Shown in pieces: positions 27,979 to 37,656 of a stretch of DNA of 64,000 bases. Each line of letters begins with the position of its first letter. Within the stretch, counting starts at the first letter, position 1. The notes under the pieces are model-generated. The model was given only the letters and a program-made list of their open reading frames with translations. It was not told the origin of the DNA and searched no databases. The stretch comes from an uncultured Candidatus Saccharibacteria bacterium. Its GTDB lineage: Bacteria > Patescibacteriota > Minisyncoccia > Phycocordibacterales > UBA918. Made by a program: the position numbers and the translations under genes. The DNA is taken from positions 18,134-82,133 of the forward strand of contig CAYGKO010000001.1 in NCBI GenBank assembly GCA_964350735.1, in the 5' to 3' direction.

Positions 27979-28491
27979 TTAGATTGCGCGGTGTTTAGGT
28001 AAACCTTCTAGCTTACCCATAGTTCTTGTAGTAAGGCCTGACCACAAAGCGCCGTCAACGAAATGGGAAATTTGCTGCCACTTTGAAATGCTATCAAGTA
28101 AAAAAGGAGTGATCTCTCCCGGAATCAAATCTCCATCACTATCAATCAACAAGTGTACAGACCTTGTCATACAAGGAGCCCAAAGATCTTCGTGCGGTTC
28201 AGCTGTGAGCTTTATTTCTTCAGGCCCAAAAAATTCAGCGATGCTCAATACCGTGCGCAAGTAATCAAAGTCAGATATTCTTAGAATTTCTTTTTCAGGA
28301 TCAACCCACACAAACTCAAGATCAATTTTCATTCCTTCAAATGAAACTTGATCTACACTTATCCATCCGAATCCAAAAACACCTTCTCCTGCGTCTACTC
28401 TCAATGTGATACTTCCTCCCTCTATTTCCATAGTGGGATATACTTCCTGAAGCTCGTCAAGAACGAGACCAAGTGGTGTAATTTTATTCAT
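27979..28491 (-). CDS. Hypothetical protein
   Basis: GGGAG SD before ATG 28491; AT-rich ORF. Confidence 0.5.
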   Translation of the reverse strand: MNKITPLGLVLDELQEVYPTMEIEGGSITLRVDAGEGVFGFGWISVDQVSFEGMKIDLEFVWVDPEKEILRISDFDYLRTVLSIAEFFGPEEIKLTAEPHEDLWAPCMTRSVHLLIDSDGDLIPGEITPFLLDSISKWQQISHFVDGALWSGLTTRTMGKLEGLPKHRAI

Positions 28492-28559
28492 CTTAGTCTC
28501 CCTTACTAAATTTTGACTCTCTAATCTTGCAGGATACGAGAAAAAAATAAAAAGTAAAG

Positions 28560-29669
28560 CTACTCCACTCGTGTCACCAATTCCTCTGGCTCGCTGTTTG
28601 TCTCGATATGGAACACTTCGCGCCCCAACACCTGGCCTCGTCCAGTTTCTACTGAACAGCGCCACTTCCCCGCTTGGTAGTTTTTGATAAAGGTATAGCC
28701 TCGGAAACCACCGTCGCGGCCGCCACTGATGGGGTATGAAATCCGGCTATGAGTCTTCCATTCGTCAGCTGATTCATCAAAGCGTTCCCAGTGGTGATAA
28801 ATATCAATCTGAATTTTGGTTGGGGCGAAGACCTGGGCAAAACAAAACACATTATCACCGCCGCGCGCATGAAACGTATCATTAGAATCTTTAAAATACT
28901 GCCACCAACTCCCTGCCTCGTACTTCAGTTGGTAATCACCATTTTCAAACCGAACCACCGAATGATAAATTCCCACGTCTTTCAGTGATAATGGAATTGG
29001 CGGAATGATATTAGTGAAGTAGAGAAAGTTAAACCCAACGAAGATCGCCCCAATCGAGAACACCACCGCCCGCATCTGCAGCTGCAAGAAATTGGGAATG
29101 ATTTTGTAGAGCTGCTGGATAAAGACGTACATTAAGAAGAGCGCAATCAATCCACTGCCGACAAACACCCACGGTCCCATAAAACCGGTAAAGACAGGAA
29201 TCACTAAAACCACGTATGAAAAAAGAGCGATGAAAAATACCGCTAAGTTAAATACCAAGCGCGCTGAGCGATCTTTGATGGTTTCATTACCATAGATCAC
29301 CGCTACAATCACTAAGAGAAACGGCCAACTCTCCGTCCAAGCGCCCGAGCGGCCATAGAAGATAAGCATCCCTGAGAGGAGCCCACCAAAGGCATATTGC
29401 ACCGCCAGCGGCGCGTACTTCCGCGCCCGCGGGATCCACTTCTCCGGCAACTTCCCGGCTGCGCCAGCATAGAGGAAGAAAATACTAGCCGTGGCAATCA
29501 CGACGTAAGAAAAGAGAATAACGTTGTCAAAGAGTTGATCAACGCGGTTGAGCGTCAGATTGTCGACAATGAATCCCAGTATGAAAGCCAGCGTTAACCA
29601 GTGCCGTCGGATCAGGCTGGCTTGTTTTTGGGGAACTTTAGGAAGTGAAGCTGCGGTCGGCATTTGCAT
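28560..29669 (-). CDS. DUF2914 domain membrane protein
   Basis: Multi-TM N-part; C-terminal FAP....I.H.W, GGR.GGFRG, GKWR..VET..G..LGR. Confidence 0.75.
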   Translation of the reverse strand: MQMPTAASLPKVPQKQASLIRRHWLTLAFILGFIVDNLTLNRVDQLFDNVILFSYVVIATASIFFLYAGAAGKLPEKWIPRARKYAPLAVQYAFGGLLSGMLIFYGRSGAWTESWPFLLVIVAVIYGNETIKDRSARLVFNLAVFFIALFSYVVLVIPVFTGFMGPWVFVGSGLIALFLMYVFIQQLYKIIPNFLQLQMRAVVFSIGAIFVGFNFLYFTNIIPPIPLSLKDVGIYHSVVRFENGDYQLKYEAGSWWQYFKDSNDTFHARGGDNVFCFAQVFAPTKIQIDIYHHWERFDESADEWKTHSRISYPISGGRDGGFRGYTFIKNYQAGKWRCSVETGRGQVLGREVFHIETNSEPEELVTRVE

Positions 29670-30158
29670 ACCGGTATTGTACCTTGATTTTGATTGAGTA
29701 TAAAAAAAGCGCCGATTCATTGGAATCGGGCGCATCAGCTGCCAAAGGAGTCGGGCAGCTAATGCGCCCCTCACTCCGTTCAGCCCCACATCGCGCTTCT
29801 GTGCCCCACACGAGAAGCCGCGTGACGAAAGCAAGACAACCACATTACGCAACTTACAAGCAGCAGAATTGATTGTTGCAGGACAATACCATAAGAAAAT
29901 AAATTTGCAAGAAAAAAGCGCCCAATATGTTTGGACGCATCCTGGTGCCTACGAGACACAGGATGCGTCCATCGGCAGGCCCCGGGCAGGGGTCGAATTA
30001 AAAAAGGGTGGCTTCCATACAGCTCGAACAACTTCTCGCTACTTATATGTATGGGAGCCACCCAAACTATCGCTCATCAACACTCCTTCCCAGCAGGAGG
30101 GAACCGTGGCGTGCGGTTGAGTGGATATACGACAGTATTAGGACTTTACTACAATTTT

Positions 30159-30204
30159 GAAAAAAGAAAAGGCCGTGAGCGAAGCTCACGGCCTTTTCTT
30201 TTTC
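30159..30204 (-). terminator. Terminator downstream of glyA
   Basis: AAAAGAAAAGGCCGTGAGC-gaa-GCTCACGGCCTTTTCTTTT. Confidence 0.8.
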
Positions 30205-30252
30205 TATCTCCCTCTACTCTCAAGTCTTGGTATCATTAATGATACCAAGACT

Positions 30253-31518
30253 CTACATCATTACCTCCGGCACCGGGAACGCTTCACACATCGCTTGTAC
30301 TTCTACTTGCAACTCAGCTTTCTTCGCGGCGTCGTCTTTGTGCCGCATTGTTTCAATCATAATTTCAGCTAAGCGCGTTGCCTCTCCTTCTTTCATGCCA
30401 CGTGTCGTCATTGCTGGTGTCCCGAAGCGAATCCCAGATGGGTCCATTGGTTTTCGAGGATCGTCAGCAATCATATTTTTGTTAAGAGTAATTCCTACCT
30501 CATCAATAACAGTTTCCGCTTCTTTACCAGTTAAATTAAGTGGTGTGACATCTACCAACAACAAATGGTTGTCAGTCCCTCCACAAATTATTCGGGCTCC
30601 AGCCTCTTTAAATACTACCTCCATAGCTTTGGCATTTTTAAGAATCTGCGCAGCATAGTCTTTAAAGCTTGGTTGCAGCGCTTCACCAAAGGCGACTGCC
30701 TTCGCTGCAATCTGATGCATATGTGGACCACCCTGCATCCCTGGGAAGACCGCCTTATTAATCTTTTTGGCAATCTCAGCGTCTTCCCGCACCACGATCA
30801 TTCCCCCGCGTGGACCACGCAGTGACTTATGGGTTGTCATCGTCATCACATCAAAGCCGTAGTCAAAAGGGTTCTTCACGACACCCGCAGCAATCAATCC
30901 GGTGATGTGGGCGACGTCAGCGACCGTGTACGCACCCACCTCATCCGCAATCTCTTTAAACTTCGCGTAGTCGAGTTCGCGACTGTAGGCAGAGAAGCCA
31001 GCCAAGATAATTTTTGGCTTATGCTCCAGTGCCACTTCACGCAACGCTTCGTAGTCGATCTCACCCGTGTCGACGTCTTTCATCTTGTAGCGCACGAAGT
31101 TGAAAACTTTGTTGATGGCAGTGGTTGGGTGTCCGTGGGTGAGGTGCCCACCGTGACTCAGATCCATCCCAAGTACGGTGTCGCCTGGTTCCATCAGCGC
31201 AAAGTACATCGCTACGTTTGCCGCTGCTCCCCCGAGGGGTTGCACGTTGGCATACTTGGCTTTAAATAACTGACACGCCCTATCAATCGCAATCTGTTCC
31301 ATCTGGTCGGTAAATTCTTGCCCGCCATAATAGCGTCGGCCCGGGTAGCCTTCGGAGTATTTATTGGTAAACACTGATCCAGCGGCTTCTCGGACTGCCA
31401 TGGAGACGTAGTTCTCGCTGGGGATCAACTCCACCCCCTTTCGCTCCCGCTCTTCTTCTCCCACTAACGTGGCGTACAACTCTGGATCCTGTTCTTTAAT
31501 GAATTGGTATTCGTTCAT
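30253..31518 (-). CDS. glyA: Serine hydroxymethyltransferase
   Basis: LIPSENY, YSEGYPG.RYYGG, GGHLTHG, TTHKSLRGPRGG. Confidence 0.98.
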   Translation of the reverse strand: MNEYQFIKEQDPELYATLVGEEERERKGVELIPSENYVSMAVREAAGSVFTNKYSEGYPGRRYYGGQEFTDQMEQIAIDRACQLFKAKYANVQPLGGAAANVAMYFALMEPGDTVLGMDLSHGGHLTHGHPTTAINKVFNFVRYKMKDVDTGEIDYEALREVALEHKPKIILAGFSAYSRELDYAKFKEIADEVGAYTVADVAHITGLIAAGVVKNPFDYGFDVMTMTTHKSLRGPRGGMIVVREDAEIAKKINKAVFPGMQGGPHMHQIAAKAVAFGEALQPSFKDYAAQILKNAKAMEVVFKEAGARIICGGTDNHLLLVDVTPLNLTGKEAETVIDEVGITLNKNMIADDPRKPMDPSGIRFGTPAMTTRGMKEGEATRLAEIMIETMRHKDDAAKKAELQVEVQAMCEAFPVPEVMM

Positions 31519-31612
31519 GTTTTATAGTCTTAAAATACAGTAATAAAAGCCCTGATGGCTTGGCTCTACAGATACGTGAACGACATTCATTAGATCATAG
31601 GCGAATTCTTAC

Positions 31613-31954
31613 TTAGCGATTATCTCCATTTCCGGTTATTTTACCACGCTCTAACCGAGAGGTCAGCTTCTCTATGTTCTGCTCAGCGATGTCACCCAGC
31701 TTCAGACCACACTCGGTACTGAGTTGCGTCAGATACCACAACACATCTCCCAACTCCTTAGCGATTTCTCCCCGCTGTTCGTCTGTCAGCTGCGATGGCT
31801 TATATACTCCATGATCACGAATCAACTTCTTAAACTTCTCTGCCACCTCTCCTGCTTCACCAGCAAGCCCCAGGGTAATGTACACAAAATCATCATCTTT
31901 GTTTGGGTAGACCGCAGTCTTCCTTGAAGTGGTTTGGTAGTCGTTGAAATCCAT
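31613..31954 (-). CDS. MazG-like nucleoside triphosphate pyrophosphohydrolase
   Basis: LGLAGEAGEVAEK.KK, ELGDVLWY, N..KL. Confidence 0.9.
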   Translation of the reverse strand: MDFNDYQTTSRKTAVYPNKDDDFVYITLGLAGEAGEVAEKFKKLIRDHGVYKPSQLTDEQRGEIAKELGDVLWYLTQLSTECGLKLGDIAEQNIEKLTSRLERGKITGNGDNR

Positions 31955-31955
31955 A

Positions 31956-32642
31956 TTATGTAAATAATTTATTAGCGATTTCGTATACCTCTTCATGAAT
32001 AGCTTCTCGCGTCCGCAGCTCCCCATCTTCAGTACAACAATTTACTCGATGCCAATTGTTAAGCAGCGCCACAATCTGTCGGGCCCGCTCCTCGGTATCA
32101 ATCTGATGCTGTTCGTCTTTCTCCGCCACATCTTCTTTTACTTCTTTGCCATGCTTCCCTTCTGCCACTGCTTGCTGCTTTAACTTCTGGCGAATCTCGT
32201 GCGGGATATCGAAGTAGAAAATTTGATCCGGTCGCGGGATCCCGAAGATCTCGTGCTCGATATGATCAAGCCATTTGAGAAAACCTTTGAGGGTGGCTTC
32301 GTCTTTAATCTTCGCTCCTTGGTGCATCATGTTGGCACTCACATATCGGTCGAGCACCACCACCTTGCCTTCGCTTAGCCACGCTTCTAACTTTGGTTTA
32401 CTCTCAAACCGGTCAGCCGCGTAAATAGTCGAGACGATCCGCGGATCGGTATTCATAAAATCATTACAATATCCATCAAGACACGTCCGCAACAACTGGC
32501 CAAAAGTATTCTGCGTATATTGGGGAAAATCTAACGTTTCGATTTGATGACCATCAGCTTGCAGGCGCTCAATCAGTAACTTAGCCTGAGTAGCCTTGCC
32601 TGCTCCATCTCCTCCATCGATCACAATTAGTTTTCCAGACAT
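31956..32642 (-). CDS. tmk: Thymidylate kinase
   Basis: IDGGDGAGKATQ, YAADR, LDRY..AN..HQ. Confidence 0.93.
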   Translation of the reverse strand: MSGKLIVIDGGDGAGKATQAKLLIERLQADGHQIETLDFPQYTQNTFGQLLRTCLDGYCNDFMNTDPRIVSTIYAADRFESKPKLEAWLSEGKVVVLDRYVSANMMHQGAKIKDEATLKGFLKWLDHIEHEIFGIPRPDQIFYFDIPHEIRQKLKQQAVAEGKHGKEVKEDVAEKDEQHQIDTEERARQIVALLNNWHRVNCCTEDGELRTREAIHEEVYEIANKLFT

Positions 32643-32776
32643 TACATATATAGTATCACTGGAAACTTAAGCTATTCAAATATTTCCATAATCAGAAACA
32701 GGGTTGCGTGGGCGTCAAGGCTGTGGCCCGGGTGTCAAATGCTAAAATAAACGTATTAATTCCTAAGCCCCTACCT

Positions 32777-34135
32777 ATGAGCACTATCGCTGCTATCACC
32801 CACACTCGCCAAAGTCTTAAAAACGGCGGCCAAGTTGTTGTCCTCAACACTGACGCTACTATCAACGCTGAATCTGAAGCCATGCTCCAGGCGCTGCACT
32901 CCCGCTCCACTGAAGGGATTGATGGGCACCTCGAGATCTTAGCTGAGAAAGGATCAGAGAAATTCATGTCGACCTTCTATGTCGGCTACGGCCACAAATC
33001 AATTGGTGACTGTGGGAGCGCTACCCTCTTCATTGAAGGTGTGTCGATGTTGGCGGCTAAAGCGATCCAAGACTGGAAGCTCTACTCGGGCCAAGAATCA
33101 TCAACCCGCTACATCGACTTTGCCGAACAAGCCTTCATGAATCCAGCTGGTTCGACCGAGGGTGAAACGATCGTAGAAACGTGGAGAACGTTCTACCTCA
33201 AAGCAGTGAACGAAATGAAAGACGTCCTCAAAGAACGGTACCCAATACAAGATGGAGAAAAGGAAGGCGTATACAACAAAGCGATCGCGGCCCGGGCTTT
33301 TGATACCACGAGAGGCTTCCTCCCCGCTGGCGCCACCACCAACCTCGCCTGGCACGGCAACCTGCGACAGTTCGCCGACAAAGTTGCCCAGCTCCGTCAT
33401 CACCCCCTCGCTGAAGTACGCGAAATTGCTGAAGCCACTGAGCAAGCCCTTCTCATTGCCTTCCCCAACTCCTTCACCGACAAGCGCTACGAAACATCAG
33501 AGGAATACACCAAGCTGGTGATGAACACCCACTACTACCATCACGATGTCGACTGCCCGAAGCTGAAGCTGGTGCGTAACGGGATTGATACCGACCGATT
33601 GGCCACTCACCGAGAAGTACTCGAGCAGCGCCCACAATACGCCGAACTACCAAAGTCATTAGGAACGCTCGGTGAAGTAGAGTTTGACTACCTGCTCGAC
33701 TTTGGATCATTCCGAGACATTCAACGACACCGCGCCATCACGCAGCGCATGCCGCTTCTGACCTCAGACATTGGCTTCAACGCTTGGTACCTTGACGAAC
33801 TTTCTGACAGTCTCAAAACTGAAGCGACGGCCCTCATTGCTGACCTCAAAGCTAAGACCGACGCTCTCGATATCTCTCCTGAAGCCAAGCAGTACTACGT
33901 CCCGATGGGTTACAACGTCTCGTGTAACTTCTCCGGTGACCTACCAGCGGTGGTATACATGGTAGAGCTACGCGCCACTCGCTTCGTCCACCCAACCCTT
34001 CGCTACCAAGCGGCTGACATGGCCAACATCCTCAGCGACACCTTCGACAGCGCCGGCCTCCAGATCCACCTCGATGCTGACATCGACCGCTTCGATGTGA
34101 AACGCGGCGAGCACGATATTACTGCTAAAGAATAA
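32777..34135 (+). CDS. thyX: Flavin-dependent thymidylate synthase, long two-domain form
   Basis: YGHKSI, E.STRY, RGFLP, RDIQRHR, ELR....HP motifs. Confidence 0.88.
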   Translation: MSTIAAITHTRQSLKNGGQVVVLNTDATINAESEAMLQALHSRSTEGIDGHLEILAEKGSEKFMSTFYVGYGHKSIGDCGSATLFIEGVSMLAAKAIQDWKLYSGQESSTRYIDFAEQAFMNPAGSTEGETIVETWRTFYLKAVNEMKDVLKERYPIQDGEKEGVYNKAIAARAFDTTRGFLPAGATTNLAWHGNLRQFADKVAQLRHHPLAEVREIAEATEQALLIAFPNSFTDKRYETSEEYTKLVMNTHYYHHDVDCPKLKLVRNGIDTDRLATHREVLEQRPQYAELPKSLGTLGEVEFDYLLDFGSFRDIQRHRAITQRMPLLTSDIGFNAWYLDELSDSLKTEATALIADLKAKTDALDISPEAKQYYVPMGYNVSCNFSGDLPAVVYMVELRATRFVHPTLRYQAADMANILSDTFDSAGLQIHLDADIDRFDVKRGEHDITAKE

Positions 34136-34140
34136 GTGCT

Positions 34141-34653
34141 ATGAAAGTACTCAATGAAATTACTGAGAAAAGTCTTGGCCTTGGTGAGACTGAGCTTTTG
34201 GGTGAAAAATACGAACTTCGAAAAAGTGCCCGCGCTATTTTGTTAAATGACTCTGGAGAAATGGCTACCCAATATCTCAACACTTACACTTATCACAAAC
34301 TTCCTGGTGGTGGTATAGAAATCGGTGAATCTGTCGAAGCAGCATTAAAACGAGAAATTCTTGAAGAAGTTGGCTGTGACTGCGATCCAATCTGCCCAAT
34401 CGGAATGACGATAGAATACCGCAATGAGTGGATGTGGCTCCATATTTCAAAGTGCTTTGTGGTAAAAGTAGTTGGTGACATTGGACCTACCAATCTCGAA
34501 CCAGGCGAGATTGAAGAAGGTCAAGAAACCCTCTGGCTACCTCCAGAGCAGGTGCTTGAGAATATGAAAACTGACACTCCAAAACACTATGAAGGCCACT
34601 TCATCCTCGCTCGGGAAATAAGCTTCTTAGAGGAATACCTCAACACAATTTAA
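34141..34653 (+). CDS. NUDIX hydrolase
   Basis: LPGGGIEIGES...ALKREILEEVG. Confidence 0.9.
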   Translation: MKVLNEITEKSLGLGETELLGEKYELRKSARAILLNDSGEMATQYLNTYTYHKLPGGGIEIGESVEAALKREILEEVGCDCDPICPIGMTIEYRNEWMWLHISKCFVVKVVGDIGPTNLEPGEIEEGQETLWLPPEQVLENMKTDTPKHYEGHFILAREISFLEEYLNTI

Positions 34654-34690
34654 ATAAAAAACCGCACCTGATCAGGTGCAGTTTTTTATT
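34652..34690. terminator. Bidirectional terminator between NUDIX and dcd
   Basis: AAATAAAAAAC-c-GCACCTGATCAGGTGC-a-GTTTTTTATTT. Confidence 0.7.
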
Positions 34691-35789
34691 TAAATTGCTT
34701 CCCTAACTTTGGGCCGCTTTGCTTCAGATAGTTTGATTCCTTAGTGTCGTAATGAATCATGGGTTCTTCGGTCATAGTTTCAAACTTGATCTTGGCAATT
34801 GGCTGGCCGGCCCGAACGACCACGTCTTCAAATGGTCGGACCTCAAGGGTAAATGGTCGTCCCTTCCCGGCACCATCTTCCCCCCAGCCCCACCCCGGGT
34901 CTAAAAAGCCGGCGTAGTGTGAGCGGAAGTCACCACTGCGTTCATCCATTGGGGCCATCTCACTCGCGAGGGTCGGTGGGATACGCACCCGCTCAGCGCC
35001 GGAGAGAATATAAAATTTGTTTCGCTCTAATTTCAATACGCCGTCTTTTGCATACACTGGGGCGAAGAAATCACTTCCTGTATACCCGGCCACATGCGCG
35101 ACATCAACCACCTGGGTTTTATCCGCGGTACAGACATAGCCGCAGACATCGTCGCCAATCATCGCAGTGAGAATAAGAGCGCCATCTTTATCGTGCGTCA
35201 CGAGCTCATCGTACTGGAGTGGTCGATCTTCTGTTTCGTGATACACCAGTTCGTGTTGCTTCAGGGCAATCTCTAAGTCGAGCTCCCCCAGACGCGTATC
35301 ACCGGTAAAGAGGCGGAGTTGCGTCAGCGGTGTCCCCTCGTGGATCTGAATCGCAAATGATTTGGGGTGTACGGCGGCCCAGAGTTCACCGACATACCCG
35401 CGGGGTGTCACCGAGTCATAGCGTGGTACGCCATCAGCGAGAACACGCACGTGCATATCAAGGCGACCGGTTGACGACTTTGGATTACAGAAGCCATAGA
35501 CTTCTTTTGGTAACTCCAGCGTTTCATTGAGTCGCACCAAATACATTCGATCGCACTGTAGGGGTGTGGCGATATCATGATCAGTCGCCCCCATGAGACC
35601 GAGTAAGTCACGGATTTTCTCACCTCGTTTCGGCAGCAAGAGTCCGGTGATTTCATAGAGTTCACTCGACACGGACAAATCAAGAGACGCGGGAGAAATG
35701 TTGGCTGGGTTTGCTCCCACTACAAAACCGGCTTCAATTAGATCAGATAGCTTCTGACTTGGTAAGGCGCCTTTTCGTTCCGGATTCAT
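34686..35789 (-). CDS. dcd: dCTP deaminase, long duplicated form
   Basis: PASLDL, NPKSSTGRLD, HYAGF.DPGWG, LEVR, Y..Q..KL.K. Confidence 0.9.
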   Translation of the reverse strand: MNPERKGALPSQKLSDLIEAGFVVGANPANISPASLDLSVSSELYEITGLLLPKRGEKIRDLLGLMGATDHDIATPLQCDRMYLVRLNETLELPKEVYGFCNPKSSTGRLDMHVRVLADGVPRYDSVTPRGYVGELWAAVHPKSFAIQIHEGTPLTQLRLFTGDTRLGELDLEIALKQHELVYHETEDRPLQYDELVTHDKDGALILTAMIGDDVCGYVCTADKTQVVDVAHVAGYTGSDFFAPVYAKDGVLKLERNKFYILSGAERVRIPPTLASEMAPMDERSGDFRSHYAGFLDPGWGWGEDGAGKGRPFTLEVRPFEDVVVRAGQPIAKIKFETMTEEPMIHYDTKESNYLKQSGPKLGKQFK

Positions 35790-35821
35790 AATTGCTCAAA
35801 TATACCACGCCAGTTGACTCC

Positions 35822-36229
35822 CTACAGCTTGGCAAGCTCTAATTTTACTACTTCAATAATGTCAGCGACAGTATCAAAGTGATGATACGGGATGTTTTCT
35901 TTCTGCGTAAATCCTGTCACCATCCGCGATACATATTCATCTTTGTGTGCAAATAATACCAAAGGCTTCCCAGTATGGTAGCGAAACACTAATTCCATAC
36001 CTAAACCTAATGAAGAATAATCACAAATAGCCACCATCAAATCACATGACTCAGTACAAGCACGATCATACTCGTAGACATCTACCTCACTACCATTCTC
36101 TAGTCCCACAAAATCAAGCACCTCTATTTCTGGCAATGATCGTAGCTGATTTTTTAATTCAGTTTGGAAACGATTACGAAATTCTTTTGGAGCATCTGTC
36201 AGCGCCATGCCGACATAGATAGTTTTCAT
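35822..36229 (-). CDS. Nucleoside 2-deoxyribosyltransferase-like (DNPH1/Rcl-like) protein
   Basis: IYVG, Y..D......D..VA....S.G.G.E pattern. Confidence 0.7.
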   Translation of the reverse strand: MKTIYVGMALTDAPKEFRNRFQTELKNQLRSLPEIEVLDFVGLENGSEVDVYEYDRACTESCDLMVAICDYSSLGLGMELVFRYHTGKPLVLFAHKDEYVSRMVTGFTQKENIPYHHFDTVADIIEVVKLELAKL

Positions 36230-36247
36230 AAATATATCCTAGCATTT

Positions 36248-36970
36248 TTAATCTATTGACGGTGGCAAGAATCGTTCGTACAACACTCGAAATGTATCCT
36301 CAGCGAACGGTACGATGAGCTTGGCTTTTTGGTTTTCGGTTGTAAAGGTCACCCCCGGCACATTACGGATTATAGCGACTGGTTGACACTCAGCTGTTTC
36401 GCCCATCACTACATTAGCAGCGGCTGCCAAACCGTCAGCTAAGTTACTCACCTCAATCTTCATCTCACGACCAAACAAATCTTCTTCTCCCACATGATTG
36501 ATCACCGGTTCAAACCCCCAGAATCCAATCGACACCCCCGCGGCTCCGCGACGCAACGGATGGGAGTGACTATCAGTCACCAATACCCCAACATTCTGTA
36601 AACTAAATCGTCGACATAAGTATCCATGAATAGCTTCCGCACTTTTAAAAGGCTCCTTAGGCAACATAACGAAATACCCATTTGCGTTACTTTCATCGAT
36701 GCCGGCTGTACCAATAAAAGCACCGTGCTTCACGGTGAGATCCGAACCCCAATAGTCACGCGGAATGGCTAAATCAGCTTCTGCTTGGACCAAAGCAGCT
36801 TTGTCGGTTTCTGCTACTAAGCGACAATTTCCTTCGTGGATAGCTACTACCTTAGAAGAGACAGCTACAATGTCTCCCTCCATCACTAAATCAAGTGATT
36901 CATCGAGCACTGCAAATAAATCATCTTTTGGTGGAGTCAGGATTCTGGTTTTAATTGGAATTATTTCCAT
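36248..36970 (-). CDS. CofE-like gamma-glutamyl ligase (putative alternative folylpolyglutamate synthase)
   Basis: SSKVVA..EG, AGIDESN, LP..P, TDS..PLR.G, DLFGR, MGE..E..P. Confidence 0.8.
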   Translation of the reverse strand: MEIIPIKTRILTPPKDDLFAVLDESLDLVMEGDIVAVSSKVVAIHEGNCRLVAETDKAALVQAEADLAIPRDYWGSDLTVKHGAFIGTAGIDESNANGYFVMLPKEPFKSAEAIHGYLCRRFSLQNVGVLVTDSHSHPLRRGAAGVSIGFWGFEPVINHVGEEDLFGREMKIEVSNLADGLAAAANVVMGETAECQPVAIIRNVPGVTFTTENQKAKLIVPFAEDTFRVLYERFLPPSID

Positions 36971-36986
36971 AAGCTGCGCAGAGTAT

Positions 36987-37029
36987 AACAAAACTGACGT
37001 GCTGGCCCTAGGGCCAGCACGTCAGTTTT
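36987..37029 (-). terminator. Terminator downstream of rplK
   Basis: AAAACTGACGTGCTGGCCC-ta-GGGCCAGCACGTCAGTTTT perfect palindrome. Confidence 0.8.
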
Positions 37030-37130
37030 ATGTTGTGATTAGAAGCTAATCTTTAACATGTACTTCTTAACAGAAGCTGTACCAGTTTCAGTATTTTCTG
37101 GAGAAAATACTAGACAGCCTCGGTACACAA

Positions 37131-37556
37131 TTAGTCCTTAACGTGTACTCCCATTGATTTACAGGTTCCTTCGATAATTTTCATTGCTGCATCGATATCG
37201 TTTGCAGAAATATCTACCATCTTAGCTTCAGCAATTTCTTTAATCTGCGCTCGCGTAATGTCGCCAACTTTAGAAACTAGGTTCTTTCCAGATCCCTTAT
37301 CTTTTCCAATTGCCTTAAGGATCATTCGTGATGCAGGAGCAGTCTTGCAAACAAAGTCGAACGACCGGTCATCGTATACGTTGATGATTGTTGGCACAAT
37401 CTCCCCCATTCGGTCTCGCGTCTGTTCGTTGAATTGGTTTACGAATTCACCAATGTTAATACCCGCTTGTCCCAGTACTGGCCCAAGTGGTGGCGCTGGT
37501 GTTGCTTTTCCTCCGATCGCCTGTACCTTTACCTGCTTAATTAATTGCTTTGCCAT
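37131..37556 (-). CDS. rplK: 50S ribosomal protein L11
   Basis: GKATPAPPLGP.LGQ.G.NI, GT..SMG. Confidence 0.98.
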   Translation of the reverse strand: MAKQLIKQVKVQAIGGKATPAPPLGPVLGQAGINIGEFVNQFNEQTRDRMGEIVPTIINVYDDRSFDFVCKTAPASRMILKAIGKDKGSGKNLVSKVGDITRAQIKEIAEAKMVDISANDIDAAMKIIEGTCKSMGVHVKD

Positions 37557-37656
37557 AAAATAATTTTAGTTGTTGATAAAAGGATGATTGGTCCAAACAA
37601 TCATTCCCTTTAGAAGCGCCGCTAGAATAACCTATATATGTAGGAAAATCAATCAC

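Noticed and set aside
36248-36970. Coenzyme F420 biosynthesis
   Set aside because: No other cof/fbi genes; the thyX/glyA context favours folate glutamylation
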